Below, one piece after another: positions 50,044 through 59,393 of a stretch of 64,000 bases of DNA (the first letter of the stretch is position 1; each line of letters starts with the position of its first letter). Under the pieces are notes generated by a model. The model did not search any database and was not told the origin of the DNA. It was given only the letters and a program-made list of their open reading frames with translations. The stretch comes from Alphaproteobacteria bacterium UBA3768. GTDB lineage: Bacteria > Pseudomonadota > Alphaproteobacteria > CAAHEQ01 > UBA3637. The position numbers and the translations under genes were made by a program. The stretch spans positions 7,294 to 71,293 of the forward strand of contig DFFU01000027.1 in assembly GCA_002372315.1 (NCBI GenBank), read 5' to 3'.

Positions 50044-51134
50044 TCAAATATCCTTTGTAAAATACGTGGAACATCCAAAAACAACGAATAAATAAAAATC
50101 AGCATTAACAAACTAAATCCCATATAAATCAATCGATTTTGGGCTTTTTCAGATAAAGGTTTGCGACGCACAGCCTCAATCGCATAGAAAGCCAAATGCC
50201 CTCCATCTAAAACAGGGATTGGCAATAAATTCATCAATCCTATTGCAATAGACACATTCGCAATAAAACCTATCAAAACAATCCAGCCTCCCATTAGGGC
50301 ATCACCTGATGCTTCAGCAATACCCAACGGCCCACGTAAATCACGTGGAATACGATGCCCTGTAATAATTTGTCCCAAATAGCGTAAGGTGCCTGCTGTC
50401 ACATCCCACAAAGTTTCACCTGACAAAACAACAGCCCCCAAAAAATTTAAATCATCTTTAACTTCATAAGCGTCCAAAGAGGCTTGGATGCCTAATAAAG
50501 CTGGAGAATTCTTTGTTTCTTGCAGAGCTGGCACCAAAATTTCCTTTTCAGCATTTTCACGACGAACAATGATGTTTAAGGGCTGACCATACTCTTCCAA
50601 TCGAACAATATGAGCAATATCCGAAAAAGATTCAATTCTTCTGGAATTGATTGAAACAATCGTATCCCCCGATAGGATACCAGCTTTCTGTGCGGCCGAA
50701 TCAGGCATTACTTCCCCAACAACTGGCAGAATAATCAGCTGTCCGACTCCCCAAAAAAGCCCCACTAATAAAACAAATGCTAATAGGTAATTTGTGGCTG
50801 GCCCAGCAAAAATAATCAAAGCTCTTTGCCATAAAGGTTTAGCCAAAAAAGTTTTGTGTAAATCTTCGGGGGCAATATTCTTAGTAGATTTTTTGGCACT
50901 AGCAGCATCTTCATCCCCCAACATTTTAACATATCCCCCCAAAGGAATCAAACAAACTTTCCAACGCGTTCCTTTTTTATCATTATATCCCCAAAGTTCT
51001 TTACCAAAACCAATTGAAAATTCAACCACCTGTACACCACAGCGACGTGCCACAAAAAAATGCCCACCTTCGTGTACGATAACGACAATAGATAGAACCA
51101 AAACAAAGGCAAACAAGTAAATTAGTGTGGTCAT
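50040..51134 (-). CDS. rseP: RIP metalloprotease RseP
   Basis: HEGGH, FSIGFG, IPLGGYVKM, PDZ domain, NLLPIPVLDGG. Confidence 0.95.
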   Translation of the reverse strand: MTTLIYLFAFVLVLSIVVIVHEGGHFFVARRCGVQVVEFSIGFGKELWGYNDKKGTRWKVCLIPLGGYVKMLGDEDAASAKKSTKNIAPEDLHKTFLAKPLWQRALIIFAGPATNYLLAFVLLVGLFWGVGQLIILPVVGEVMPDSAAQKAGILSGDTIVSINSRRIESFSDIAHIVRLEEYGQPLNIIVRRENAEKEILVPALQETKNSPALLGIQASLDAYEVKDDLNFLGAVVLSGETLWDVTAGTLRYLGQIITGHRIPRDLRGPLGIAEASGDALMGGWIVLIGFIANVSIAIGLMNLLPIPVLDGGHLAFYAIEAVRRKPLSEKAQNRLIYMGFSLLMLIFIYSLFLDVPRILQRIFE

Positions 51135-51967
51135 TGGGCAATCTCCCCTCCACTGGCCAAGTAAATCACCACAGCCGCAACAACAACTGCAAAAATCAAT
51201 CCATCAACCCGGTCAAAAACGCCACCATGACCTGGGATTAAATTACTAGAATCCTTTAAATCTAAACGGCGCTTAATGTAAGATTCAAACAAATCGCCCA
51301 ACTGAGAAACAACGGCCAAACATCCCGCAGAAAACACCAAAACACGAGTTGTTACATGAAATGGCGTATCCATGTATCCATAGGATTTTAAAAACATCGC
51401 AAAAATCCAAGCTACCAACATCGCAAACACAACACCACCAACACATCCTGACCATGTCTTTTTGGGGCTCACTTTGGGACACAACTTCGGACCACCAACA
51501 GTTTTACCCACAATAAACCCACCCACATCCGTTGCCCAAACAACAAAGAATAGCCACAAAACCATTTCCTTAGCGTTATCCAAGTTCACAAAATAAAGCC
51601 AACTGAGGGCCAATAAAGGCAAACATACATAAACTGTCCCCAAGGAAAAAGCCAAATTTGCGTTGCTCTTCCAATAGGCCAAAGTCATTCCCACCAAAAT
51701 AATCCAAATCGTAAAAGAAGGACTATCTTCTGCCAAAAAAGCCGTCAACATAGCCGTAATCAGAACCCATAAACCGCCCAACGTTTGTTTTTTATAAAAC
51801 ATTGTATCCCATTCCCAAGCAAGTCCGGCACCAAGCAATGCCAAGAAAATCTTGAATAATGGAACAGAATAATCTTCATAAACTGATTTACCACACCAAA
51901 CTACATACCAAACCAATGGCACAATAATCAACGATGAAATAACCCTTAAAATTAAATTAGAATGCAT
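51131..51967 (-). CDS. cdsA: Phosphatidate cytidylyltransferase
   Basis: WATDVG, SPKKTWSG, GDLFESYIKR..KDSSNLIPGHGGVFDRVD. Confidence 0.95.
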   Translation of the reverse strand: MHSNLILRVISSLIIVPLVWYVVWCGKSVYEDYSVPLFKIFLALLGAGLAWEWDTMFYKKQTLGGLWVLITAMLTAFLAEDSPSFTIWIILVGMTLAYWKSNANLAFSLGTVYVCLPLLALSWLYFVNLDNAKEMVLWLFFVVWATDVGGFIVGKTVGGPKLCPKVSPKKTWSGCVGGVVFAMLVAWIFAMFLKSYGYMDTPFHVTTRVLVFSAGCLAVVSQLGDLFESYIKRRLDLKDSSNLIPGHGGVFDRVDGLIFAVVVAAVVIYLASGGEIAQ

Positions 51968-52112
51968 GAAATATCCTTTTCTCTTTGAAAAGTACTATGG
52001 CAAATTTTAAATGCTCTGTCAAGTGAAAGTTTTATTTTTTAAAAAAGAATATTTTGAAATGAAATTTTTCTTGACTTTTTATTTAAAATAGGTTAAAAAT
52101 ACACCTGTCTTT

Positions 52113-52187
52113 GCCGCAGTAGCGTAGTGGTAGCGCACATCCTTGGTAAGGATGGGGTCGAGAGTCCGATTCTCTCCTGCGGCACCA
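52113..52187 (+). tRNA. tRNA-Thr(GGT)
   Basis: GCCGCAGTAGCGTAGTGGTAGCGCACATCCTTGGTAAGGATGGGGTCGAGAGTCCGATTCTCTCCTGCGGCACCA cloverleaf, anticodon GGT, CCA encoded. Confidence 0.95.
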
Positions 52188-52197
52188 GTTTTGAATT

Positions 52198-52223
52198 AAG
52201 CCCTTGTTTATCAAGGGTTTTTT
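52198..52223 (+). terminator. Terminator after tRNA-Thr
   Basis: AAGCCCTTG-TTTAT-CAAGGGTTTTTT. Confidence 0.7.
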
Positions 52224-52248
52224 CATGCCTAAAATGCTGTTTTTTAGG

Positions 52249-52283
52249 TGGGACACAGGACTGGGACACAAATGTGGGACACA
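52249..52283. repeat. Three direct repeats TGGGACACA at 13-bp period (putative integrase arm sites)
   Basis: Exact copies at 52249, 52262 and 52275. Confidence 0.75.
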
Positions 52284-52608
52284 AAGCCACAAAAATACCC
52301 TCAATTTTACTGTCATTTTTGAACCCTTTTTAGGGGTATTTTTATGAATTTGCCAAAGTGAATTTTATGCCAAAATATCCCTTTGGTTTTCCTACTCTAT
52401 CAACGCTTTTGCCCTTTAGGTCCAGAAACCTTTTTGAACAGAATCTGTTTTTAAATGACTTTTTGCTTGATAACAAAAATGGATTTTTTGACAAAGTGGT
52501 TTTTATACCCCTCATCACCTATGTGCATCGCTAACAAAAATGGTCTTGCAAGACATTGTGCATATCTTGACAAGACCAGTGTCGGTGAAATCAGTTTAAT
52601 CAAAGCTG

Positions 52609-54381
52609 TTATTCGTTTAATGCTCTTATAACGTAACTATCCATGAATTCTTTCTTGAGTTCATTGAGTTCACGGTTGATGGGATATTCAATTTTACTGA
52701 TTTCTTCCAGCATAATGCTTATATCTTTCTTATGAGCATAAATTCTTTGCCCTATTCCGTGCTCTGTCCACCCACAAATAGCATTTTGATACTCTGAAGG
52801 GATTCGTTTCTCAACCGCCATTGTTTCAAATGTGTGGCGAAATGAATGGAATACTTTAGATTTATCTTTAATTCCAAGACGGTCTAAATGTCTTGCAAAC
52901 CAGGACTGAACAGAACGTCCATATAAGCCCCTTTTCTGACGATTTAAATCGCTAAACAGTTTTCCTTTACCATTTTTTCTTTGATATTCTACATACTGTA
53001 AGAACCCCATATTGATGAGTTTAGGATGTATTGGAATAACTCTGTTAGAACCTTTATTCTTCAAAGACTTATCTTCTCCTCTATCATTAATACTTAAACA
53101 AGGAATTCCCTTTTCTCGCACAACATCATTCAGGTCCATCTGACAAATTTCATTCTGTCGGCATCCATGATAAAGTGCAATAATTGGTATCCAAAATTTA
53201 GCGATATTTTTCCGTTCATGAGGATTTGGATAATATTTAGGATTGAAGATTTTATGTAGCTCATCTGATGTAAATGGTTCCCTCTTCAAAGAATCTGTTC
53301 TAAGTGGTATGTCTACAAAATCATTCATACTATTTTGAATTATTTCCTCTTTAACCGCATACCGCATAAACTCTTTGAAGACAAACAAATAACGTTGTAT
53401 CGTTGATTTTGCCAGAGCATTTTTAGGAGAGGATGTTAAAATATCTTGTAAGGCTTCCCTCTTTTGATATAAAGCTGTCCATTTTTTAGAAACTGAATGT
53501 ATTTGCATACTCAATTTACGACAATCTTGAGGTGTTATATCCTCTATGTACTCTTTCCCCATTAACATAAAGGCTAGCTGAATAGATAACTTATCCATAT
53601 ATATTCGTTGCTTTGTTGTCCCTTTTAAGTTTTTCTTCATTGATGCAAAGCGTTTAAAGAACTTCTCCCAATGGGTTGCAGCCATTGAATGATGGATTCG
53701 TTCATCAGTCTTCATAGTGTCATAAGTTCTGAGCAAGGTTATAACTTTTGGGTTTGTTGGAGTGTACAGCTTTTCCTCTTGTCCTGCCCTTACTGCTTTC
53801 TTGGCATAGTGGTCTAATTGGGCAATATGTGTTGAAAACTCCTTCAACCAGTCATATTTTGCCCCCTTTTCCACAAGCCCCAATTCAATCTCCTTATTCC
53901 GTAATTGGTGGTAAATTGTCCGCAGTGTAATGTTTGCTTTATTCTTATCCACAAGACCTTTTAGGTAATCCAGAATCATATCCTGCATGAGTTTCCGAAT
54001 ATCTGCTTCTTTCTTCCCATTGGGGAATAAAATGATATCAGCTTCGCTTTTGTGACGGGATTTAATCTCCTCCTGATTATCTTCTAAAAATGTTTGGATT
54101 TGTTCCAATCTGTGGAGCAACAATTTGTCCACATCGGCTTTATTTAATATTATTTGTTTTTGTTCATTTACTTTCATAATTATATCCTTAAATATAGTTA
54201 AAAATGCTTGTAAATGAGCAAATTCTACACGCCATTTCTCTATCGCTTCTTGATATACCGAGGTGTTCAGCGAGAGCTTAACCTCCGAACATCTGGCAAG
54301 GACTTTTAGGCAGGATGGAATCCTAATCCTAAAGTAAAAGAGTCGCTGTCTTGCGAAGAGTCCTGGGTAATGATACGACAT
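52609..54381 (-). CDS. Tyrosine recombinase/integrase with DUF6538-like N-terminal domain
   Basis: FYFRIRIP..EVKLSLNT N-terminus; catalytic GCRQNE, K.SNRVIPIH, FHSFRHT, GW and Y motifs. Confidence 0.92.
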   Translation of the reverse strand: MSYHYPGLFARQRLFYFRIRIPSCLKVLARCSEVKLSLNTSVYQEAIEKWRVEFAHLQAFLTIFKDIIMKVNEQKQIILNKADVDKLLLHRLEQIQTFLEDNQEEIKSRHKSEADIILFPNGKKEADIRKLMQDMILDYLKGLVDKNKANITLRTIYHQLRNKEIELGLVEKGAKYDWLKEFSTHIAQLDHYAKKAVRAGQEEKLYTPTNPKVITLLRTYDTMKTDERIHHSMAATHWEKFFKRFASMKKNLKGTTKQRIYMDKLSIQLAFMLMGKEYIEDITPQDCRKLSMQIHSVSKKWTALYQKREALQDILTSSPKNALAKSTIQRYLFVFKEFMRYAVKEEIIQNSMNDFVDIPLRTDSLKREPFTSDELHKIFNPKYYPNPHERKNIAKFWIPIIALYHGCRQNEICQMDLNDVVREKGIPCLSINDRGEDKSLKNKGSNRVIPIHPKLINMGFLQYVEYQRKNGKGKLFSDLNRQKRGLYGRSVQSWFARHLDRLGIKDKSKVFHSFRHTFETMAVEKRIPSEYQNAICGWTEHGIGQRIYAHKKDISIMLEEISKIEYPINRELNELKKEFMDSYVIRALNE

Positions 54382-54469
54382 ATTGGTTTTCCTTTATGTC
54401 GCCGATCGTATTGATTTAATTTCTTAAGTCAAGATCGTTTATGCAGAATTTGCTCTTATTTGCTCATAC

Positions 54470-55063
54470 TTACAAATAATTTCTTACTTCTCTTACTAGA
54501 CAACCATCATGAAAAACATATGTATTATCCACGCAACACCCAACTTCGTATTCATGAAGGCGAAATGTAAGTTTCGGATACATAGCAGATAGTTTTTTTA
54601 TAATTGGCAAGGGAGCATTCCAAGCCGTATAGAATACGAAATGACAAGAGGGTTTTCCGTGGTATGTTGACCACCCACATGGGAAACCGTAGTCTTCCGT
54701 ATTTGCGTTCCATTTTGTTCCCCAATGTTCAACATGCCAGTCATACCAGCTACAAGCTCCATAATGTTCTAAACAAAACAAGGACTTTTCTGCATTTTGA
54801 CGATAAGATATATTATCTTTAAGCATTGAATCTAACCTTTTCTTATCGTTTTCAGGTACTTCCTTGCCTTCTTTTTCGTCTTTTACCAATTGAATATCTT
54901 CAGATAAGGTAGCAACAGCAATAACTTCCTCCAATTCTTTTGGCGTTGGGATTATTCTATCAAAATCAATAGTTTCCTCATTACCTCCGAATTTATCAAA
55001 GCATTCCTGTAAGGAGTTCTCATCACCATACATAGTCACTGTGTTTTCGCACCAATTTGGCAT
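54470..55063 (-). CDS. DUF1281/YubB ferredoxin-like protein
   Basis: MPNWCEN, DFDRIIPTP, WYDWHVEHWGTKWN, FYTAWNAP, YEVG. Confidence 0.85.
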   Translation of the reverse strand: MPNWCENTVTMYGDENSLQECFDKFGGNEETIDFDRIIPTPKELEEVIAVATLSEDIQLVKDEKEGKEVPENDKKRLDSMLKDNISYRQNAEKSLFCLEHYGACSWYDWHVEHWGTKWNANTEDYGFPCGWSTYHGKPSCHFVFYTAWNAPLPIIKKLSAMYPKLTFRLHEYEVGCCVDNTYVFHDGCLVREVRNYL

Positions 55064-55078
55064 TTTATACCTCCTTCC

Positions 55079-55240
55079 TTATGCTGGCATATAGCCTTTT
55101 TCAAGAACCGTCTGCACAACATACTCTAAAAACCTTTGGTCGTCTTCAGAACTGTGCAGATATTCCAGATAAACTGATTTTGGTTGTCGGAGTTGCCGCA
55201 AAGCATCCCGCATTTCTATTTGACTTTTATTTTCAGTCAT
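55079..55240 (-). CDS. Small hypothetical protein (53 aa), below ORF-track cutoff
   Basis: MTENKSQIEMRDALRQLRQPKSVYLEYLHSSEDDQRFLEYVVQTVLEKGYMPA; AAAGGA RBS; stop abuts the GGAGG RBS of the next gene. Confidence 0.6.
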   Translation of the reverse strand: MTENKSQIEMRDALRQLRQPKSVYLEYLHSSEDDQRFLEYVVQTVLEKGYMPA

Positions 55241-55303
55241 AGTATAATTCCTTTGTTAAGTGAGAGCAGAAGAAGTTCCAGTTCTTCCACTCTCGGTTGA
55301 TAA

Positions 55304-55810
55304 TTAAACATTCTGAGGCAGATGCTTTAAGGCTTCTGCCTTTTTTGCTTCTTCTGCTGCTTTTTCAGCTTTCTTCTTTTCTCTACGCTTCTCTTTTTGT
55401 TTTTCTTTGCGAGCATTAGCCAACTTGACCTCTTTCTCACAAAAATCTACAATCTGTTTATCCAAGCAACCACGAGAGACTGCTTCGTAAAACTTTGTTA
55501 AGAACTCCACTTTTTGTTGTGGTTCTAACATTTGCATATTACAACGATAGATTCTCTTGCCGCCCAGACGAACCGTAAAGATAGATTTCTTACGCTTATC
55601 ATCTAAGTCCACCAATAACTTCATCATTCGGTTCTCTTTCTTCCAAAGGTCCTCTTTAAAGTTCTTGATGTTGAATTTAATCAAGTCCAAGACACGTTGT
55701 TTACATACATCAAAAGAGACTAAACCTTCATCTCTTGTTGTTGCCATCGGCACAATGCCATAGCTTCCCATAAAGTCTTCAATCGAGACCACATTTACAT
55801 TTTCTGACAT
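55304..55810 (-). CDS. Hypothetical protein with Lys/Glu-rich C-terminal helix
   Basis: 168-aa ORF with AAAGGA RBS, same orientation as the integrase module. Confidence 0.7.
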   Translation of the reverse strand: MSENVNVVSIEDFMGSYGIVPMATTRDEGLVSFDVCKQRVLDLIKFNIKNFKEDLWKKENRMMKLLVDLDDKRKKSIFTVRLGGKRIYRCNMQMLEPQQKVEFLTKFYEAVSRGCLDKQIVDFCEKEVKLANARKEKQKEKRREKKKAEKAAEEAKKAEALKHLPQNV

Positions 55811-55941
55811 TTTAATTTTCCTTTCTTTTAATCAGATTTTTTACACCTTTACGGGACCATCCCGCATCGGTGAGCAAGATAATATGCATTTAGAAAAATA
55901 AAACAAGCCCATCAAAATTAAAATTTTTGAAAAATGCCCAT

Positions 55942-55973
55942 TTTCGATATATTTCGATATATTTCGATATATT
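55942..55973. repeat. Tandem 10-bp repeat (TTTCGATATA)x3
   Basis: ttttcgatat atttcgatat atttcgatat att in a divergent intergenic region. Confidence 0.8.
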
Positions 55974-56076
55974 AGGATATACTTTTTATTTTTAGGTCGG
56001 GTCAAATTTTAGTGATTTTTGCCCCACTTTGAATCCGAAATTATAAAAAAATGACCGAATCGGTGAACGATTCGTT

Positions 56077-56105
56077 TTGACAAACAAACTAAAAGAATGT
56101 AAAAT
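56077..56105 (+). promoter_or_regulatory. sigma70 promoter of the S66 peptidase gene
   Basis: TTGACA-N17-TAAAAT, preceded by a CGAATCG/CGATTCG inverted repeat. Confidence 0.7.
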
Positions 56106-56128
56106 ATTCCAAAATCCAAGGAGGGTAC

Positions 56129-57205
56129 ATGAAAACACTGATTAAACCAAAAGCATTAAAGCCTGGTGATACTATCGCCAGTATTTCCCTATCGTCTGGT
56201 TCTGCTGGATTATTTCCCAAGCGGTATGAACAAGGTGTCAAACAAATTGAAGAATCCTTTGGGTTAAAAGTTATCCCTACCCCACATGCCCTTTGTAGTC
56301 CTGAAGAAGTTTACGAACACCCTGAATGGCGGCTGAGCGACTTTATGTGGGCTTTTGAAAATCCTGAAATTAAAGGTATCTTGTCTAATATTGGTGGGGA
56401 TGATACCATTCGTATGTTGCCTTTGATGACCGAAAAGCACTTTGAAACGATTTATAATAATCCCAAAATTTTTATGGGGCTGTCAGATACAACAGTTAAT
56501 CACATGATGTGTTTTAAAGCTGGTCTTACAAGTTTTTATTCCCCGTCCTTGCTGTTTGGCTATGCAGAAAATGGGGGGATTCCTGAAATTATGGTAGAAA
56601 ATACAAAGAAAACTTTATTTTCAACTACCCCTGTGGGTATCCTGCCCGAAAGTAAAGAATTCATTGTAGAAAATATAGATTGGGGATTGGACAATCCCCC
56701 TATGCGAGAAAGGATTCCTTCAACTCCATGGCGTTATATTCAAGGAGATTCTGTTGTCTGTGGTCCATTGATTGGTGGATGTGCAGATGTTATGATGAAT
56801 ACAATTATTGGAACAAAGCTGTGGGCAGAATTGGATGATTTTAACAATGCTATTTTGTTTTTGGAAGATTCCGAGGAACAACCACCTGCAGATTGGGTGT
56901 TATATTGGATGAGGAATTTGGGGGCTCAAGGTATTTTGGAAAGATTAGCAGGACTTTTATTTGCCCGTCCTGGAAATGCTCGATTTAAAAATAAAGAAGA
57001 AGAACAAAAGTGGTTATCAAAATATCCTGAATTTGACAAAGCCATCTTAAAGGGATTGAAAGAGTTTGGTCGGACAGATTTACCTGTTGTCACCAATATG
57101 GATTATGGACATACTTTACCACAACTCATTCTTCCCTATGGTGTTATGGCTGAAATTAATCCTGACAAGAAAACCGTCTCACTACTGGAAAGTGGTGTTA
57201 TATAA
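56129..57205 (+). CDS. S66 peptidase (LD-carboxypeptidase / microcin C resistance MccF-like)
   Basis: LIKPKALKPGDTI, IGGDD, GLSDTT (Ser), FLEDSEE (Glu), DYGHTLP (His). Confidence 0.92.
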   Translation: MKTLIKPKALKPGDTIASISLSSGSAGLFPKRYEQGVKQIEESFGLKVIPTPHALCSPEEVYEHPEWRLSDFMWAFENPEIKGILSNIGGDDTIRMLPLMTEKHFETIYNNPKIFMGLSDTTVNHMMCFKAGLTSFYSPSLLFGYAENGGIPEIMVENTKKTLFSTTPVGILPESKEFIVENIDWGLDNPPMRERIPSTPWRYIQGDSVVCGPLIGGCADVMMNTIIGTKLWAELDDFNNAILFLEDSEEQPPADWVLYWMRNLGAQGILERLAGLLFARPGNARFKNKEEEQKWLSKYPEFDKAILKGLKEFGRTDLPVVTNMDYGHTLPQLILPYGVMAEINPDKKTVSLLESGVI

Positions 57206-57271
57206 TTATCTGATTCCATTTTTGAATCAAAAACGAATAAATACCTTTAGATAAAACTAAAGGAGTTTAGA

Positions 57272-57463
57272 ATGTTGGAAGAACGAATAATTGAAGGTAT
57301 TAGAGATGCACTAAAATATGCCTCTGATAAAGAATTACGCCCAGCCTTGCAGGGAATACTAATGATTTATGATGGAGCCAAAGAGAAGAACAAAGCTCAA
57401 ATCTTGGATTTTTTGAAGATTATGGATGAGCTGGAAATAAAGGGGGAAAACAATGGACAATAA
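57272..57463 (+). CDS. Small hypothetical protein
   Basis: AAGGAG RBS; overlaps the ankyrin gene start. Confidence 0.55.
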   Translation: MLEERIIEGIRDALKYASDKELRPALQGILMIYDGAKEKNKAQILDFLKIMDELEIKGENNGQ

Positions 57464-57737
57464 TGAAGTATGCCATATTGATACAATGGAAGGGGTTCAG
57501 AAATTACTGAAACTCCTTCCAAATATCAACACTGAAATTGGTAAGGAAGGAGGAACTTTATTGGAACTTTCGTGTGCATTCTGTACTGATGTAGAGGTAA
57601 TTAAATATTTGTTGGAACAAGGGGCTGATGTCCACCATACCGACAAATATGGTCGTAATGCCTTTGCATACAGTTGGTTTAACAAGACCCCTTATATGGA
57701 TGTGTTCATCAATGAGGAACTGAAAAAACACTGGTAA
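57453..57737 (+). CDS. Small ankyrin-repeat protein
   Basis: GGTLLELSC..VEVIKYLLEQGADVHHTDKYGRNA. Confidence 0.8.
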   Translation: MDNNEVCHIDTMEGVQKLLKLLPNINTEIGKEGGTLLELSCAFCTDVEVIKYLLEQGADVHHTDKYGRNAFAYSWFNKTPYMDVFINEELKKHW

Positions 57738-57756
57738 AGATTTTATCTTATATCCC

Positions 57757-57784
57757 CTTGAAAAAGAAAAGAATAAGACTATAT
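57757..57784 (+). promoter_or_regulatory. RpoH (sigma32)-type heat-shock promoter
   Basis: CTTGAA-N16-CTATAT directly upstream of hsp20, matching the alphaproteobacterial RpoH consensus. Confidence 0.7.
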
Positions 57785-57836
57785 GTAAAGTATAAGGCGG
57801 GTAACTGTGAAACCCACCAATGAAAGGAGAAAGATT

Positions 57837-58295
57837 ATGTCACATTATATTGTAAAAAGAACTGAACTAGAACCAAGAACAAATGATGTTTGGGGATTAC
57901 AATCCGACATAAATCGCCTGTTTGACGCATTTATGAGTCCATTGGATACCGCAGAAACACATTCAGCTATGGTTCCTAAACTAGATGTAGCAGAATTGAA
58001 AGATAGATTTGAAATCAAAGCAGAATTGCCAGGAATGGAAGAAAAGGACATTGACCTTAGTATTGAGGATGGACTTTTGACCATCAGTGGTGAAAAGAAA
58101 GCAGAAACGGAAGAAAAGGATAAAGGATACTATTTGAAAGAATGTTCCTATGGTACTTTCTCTCGTTCTGTGCGTTTGCCAGACAATATTGCTGATGATA
58201 AGATCGAAGCGAAGTTTAAGAAAGGTGTTTTGACAATTGATTTGCCAAAGAAAGCAATTGCTCCGCCAAAATCTCGTAAGATTGCAATTAAATAA
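57837..58295 (+). CDS. Hsp20/alpha-crystallin small heat-shock protein
   Basis: PKLDV.E, AELPGM, LTISGEK, YGTFSRSVRLP, AKFKKGVLTI, IAI C-terminal motif. Confidence 0.95.
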   Translation: MSHYIVKRTELEPRTNDVWGLQSDINRLFDAFMSPLDTAETHSAMVPKLDVAELKDRFEIKAELPGMEEKDIDLSIEDGLLTISGEKKAETEEKDKGYYLKECSYGTFSRSVRLPDNIADDKIEAKFKKGVLTIDLPKKAIAPPKSRKIAIK

Positions 58296-58301
58296 TAACA
58301 C

Positions 58302-58327
58302 CCCTCGGAGAAAATCCGAGGGTTTTT
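58302..58327 (+). terminator. Rho-independent terminator after hsp20
   Basis: CCCTCGGA-GAAAA-TCCGAGGG-TTTTT. Confidence 0.8.
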
Positions 58328-58388
58328 ATTTGACTTTTAATGAATACTTTTCTAAGATACAGAATATAACAAACAGAAAGGAACAAAT

Positions 58389-58904
58389 ATGAAAATCTTA
58401 ATCTTAAACGGAAGTCCAACACGGGATGGAAATACAGTTGCTCTTGTGAATGCTTTTAAGGAAGGAGCAGAATCCAAAGGTCATGAGGTTGCAGTTGTAA
58501 ATGTTGCCCATAAAAAGGTAAATGGATGTATGTCCTGCGGATACTGTAAAGGTGCAGGAAATGGTAAATGTGTTCAAAAGGATGATATGCAAGAAATCTA
58601 TCCACTTTTACAGGAAGCAGATATGATTACCTTTGCTAGTCCGATTTATTATTTCACCATGTCGGCACAATTGGAATCAGTTATTCAACGCTTTTATGCG
58701 ATTAACCATCCAGCCAAAGCAAAATATACAGCATTGCTACTGTCCTCATATTCACCAGGAGTCTATACAGCCTCTATTGCACAATATAAGGATGTGATTG
58801 GATATATGGGGATGACGGATAAAGGAATTATAACTGCGGATAATTCCACAAATAAAACGCCCGCTAAATTGGCTGAAGCAAAAGCGTTGGGGGCAAGTTT
58901 ATAA
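58389..58904 (+). CDS. Flavodoxin-family protein / NADPH-dependent FMN reductase (iron-sulfur flavoprotein-like)
   Basis: LNGSPTRDGNT, CMSCGYC..C, KDDM, ASPIYY. Confidence 0.9.
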   Translation: MKILILNGSPTRDGNTVALVNAFKEGAESKGHEVAVVNVAHKKVNGCMSCGYCKGAGNGKCVQKDDMQEIYPLLQEADMITFASPIYYFTMSAQLESVIQRFYAINHPAKAKYTALLLSSYSPGVYTASIAQYKDVIGYMGMTDKGIITADNSTNKTPAKLAEAKALGASL

Positions 58905-59308
58905 TGCTTACACAAAAAGCAGGGGTTGTTTTAATTAATCCAGAAAATCATAAAATTGGATTGGTCTATCGTGATAAACAAAACGATTATTCATTCCCAA
59001 AGGGACACTTGGAGCCCAATGAGACTTTACAAGAATGTGCCATTCGTGAAACAGCTGAGGAAACCAAAAGAGACTGCAAACTATTATCAGACCAAGAACT
59101 CGGTATCATTCGATATGACAGCCCAACAGAATCATGCGAAGTTCACATGTATTTGGCTGAGGACATGGGACCCAGTGATAACACTTCCCCCGAAGTCCAT
59201 GACCTAAAGTGGGTTCATTGGGCAAAAGTTGAAGATTTATTAACATATCAGAACTTAAAAGATTTTTGGAACAAAGTTAAAGAAACTGTAAAAACAAGAA
59301 TCTGCTGA
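58904..59308 (+). CDS. NUDIX hydrolase
   Basis: FPKGHLEPNETLQECAIRETAEET Nudix box. Confidence 0.92.
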   Translation: MLTQKAGVVLINPENHKIGLVYRDKQNDYSFPKGHLEPNETLQECAIRETAEETKRDCKLLSDQELGIIRYDSPTESCEVHMYLAEDMGPSDNTSPEVHDLKWVHWAKVEDLLTYQNLKDFWNKVKETVKTRIC

Positions 59309-59357
59309 TAAATACCTATGCTGACCGATACGATAGCAGCAGGTAAAAAAGGCTATT

Positions 59358-59390
59358 TAAGCCCCCCATCCTCCTGGGGGGCTTATTTTC
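59358..59390 (+). terminator. Terminator hairpin after the NUDIX gene
   Basis: TAAGCCCCCC-ATCCTCCT-GGGGGGCTTA-TTTTC. Confidence 0.75.
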
Positions 59391-59393
59391 AGG

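Noticed and set aside
52083-52333. Three short ORFs overlapping tRNA-Thr
   Set aside because: Artefacts of the tRNA and att-region sequence.
52249-55973. CRISPR interpretation of the short direct repeats
   Set aside because: Repeats are 9-10 bp with 0-4 bp spacers and there are no cas genes; no CRISPR array was seen anywhere in the window.
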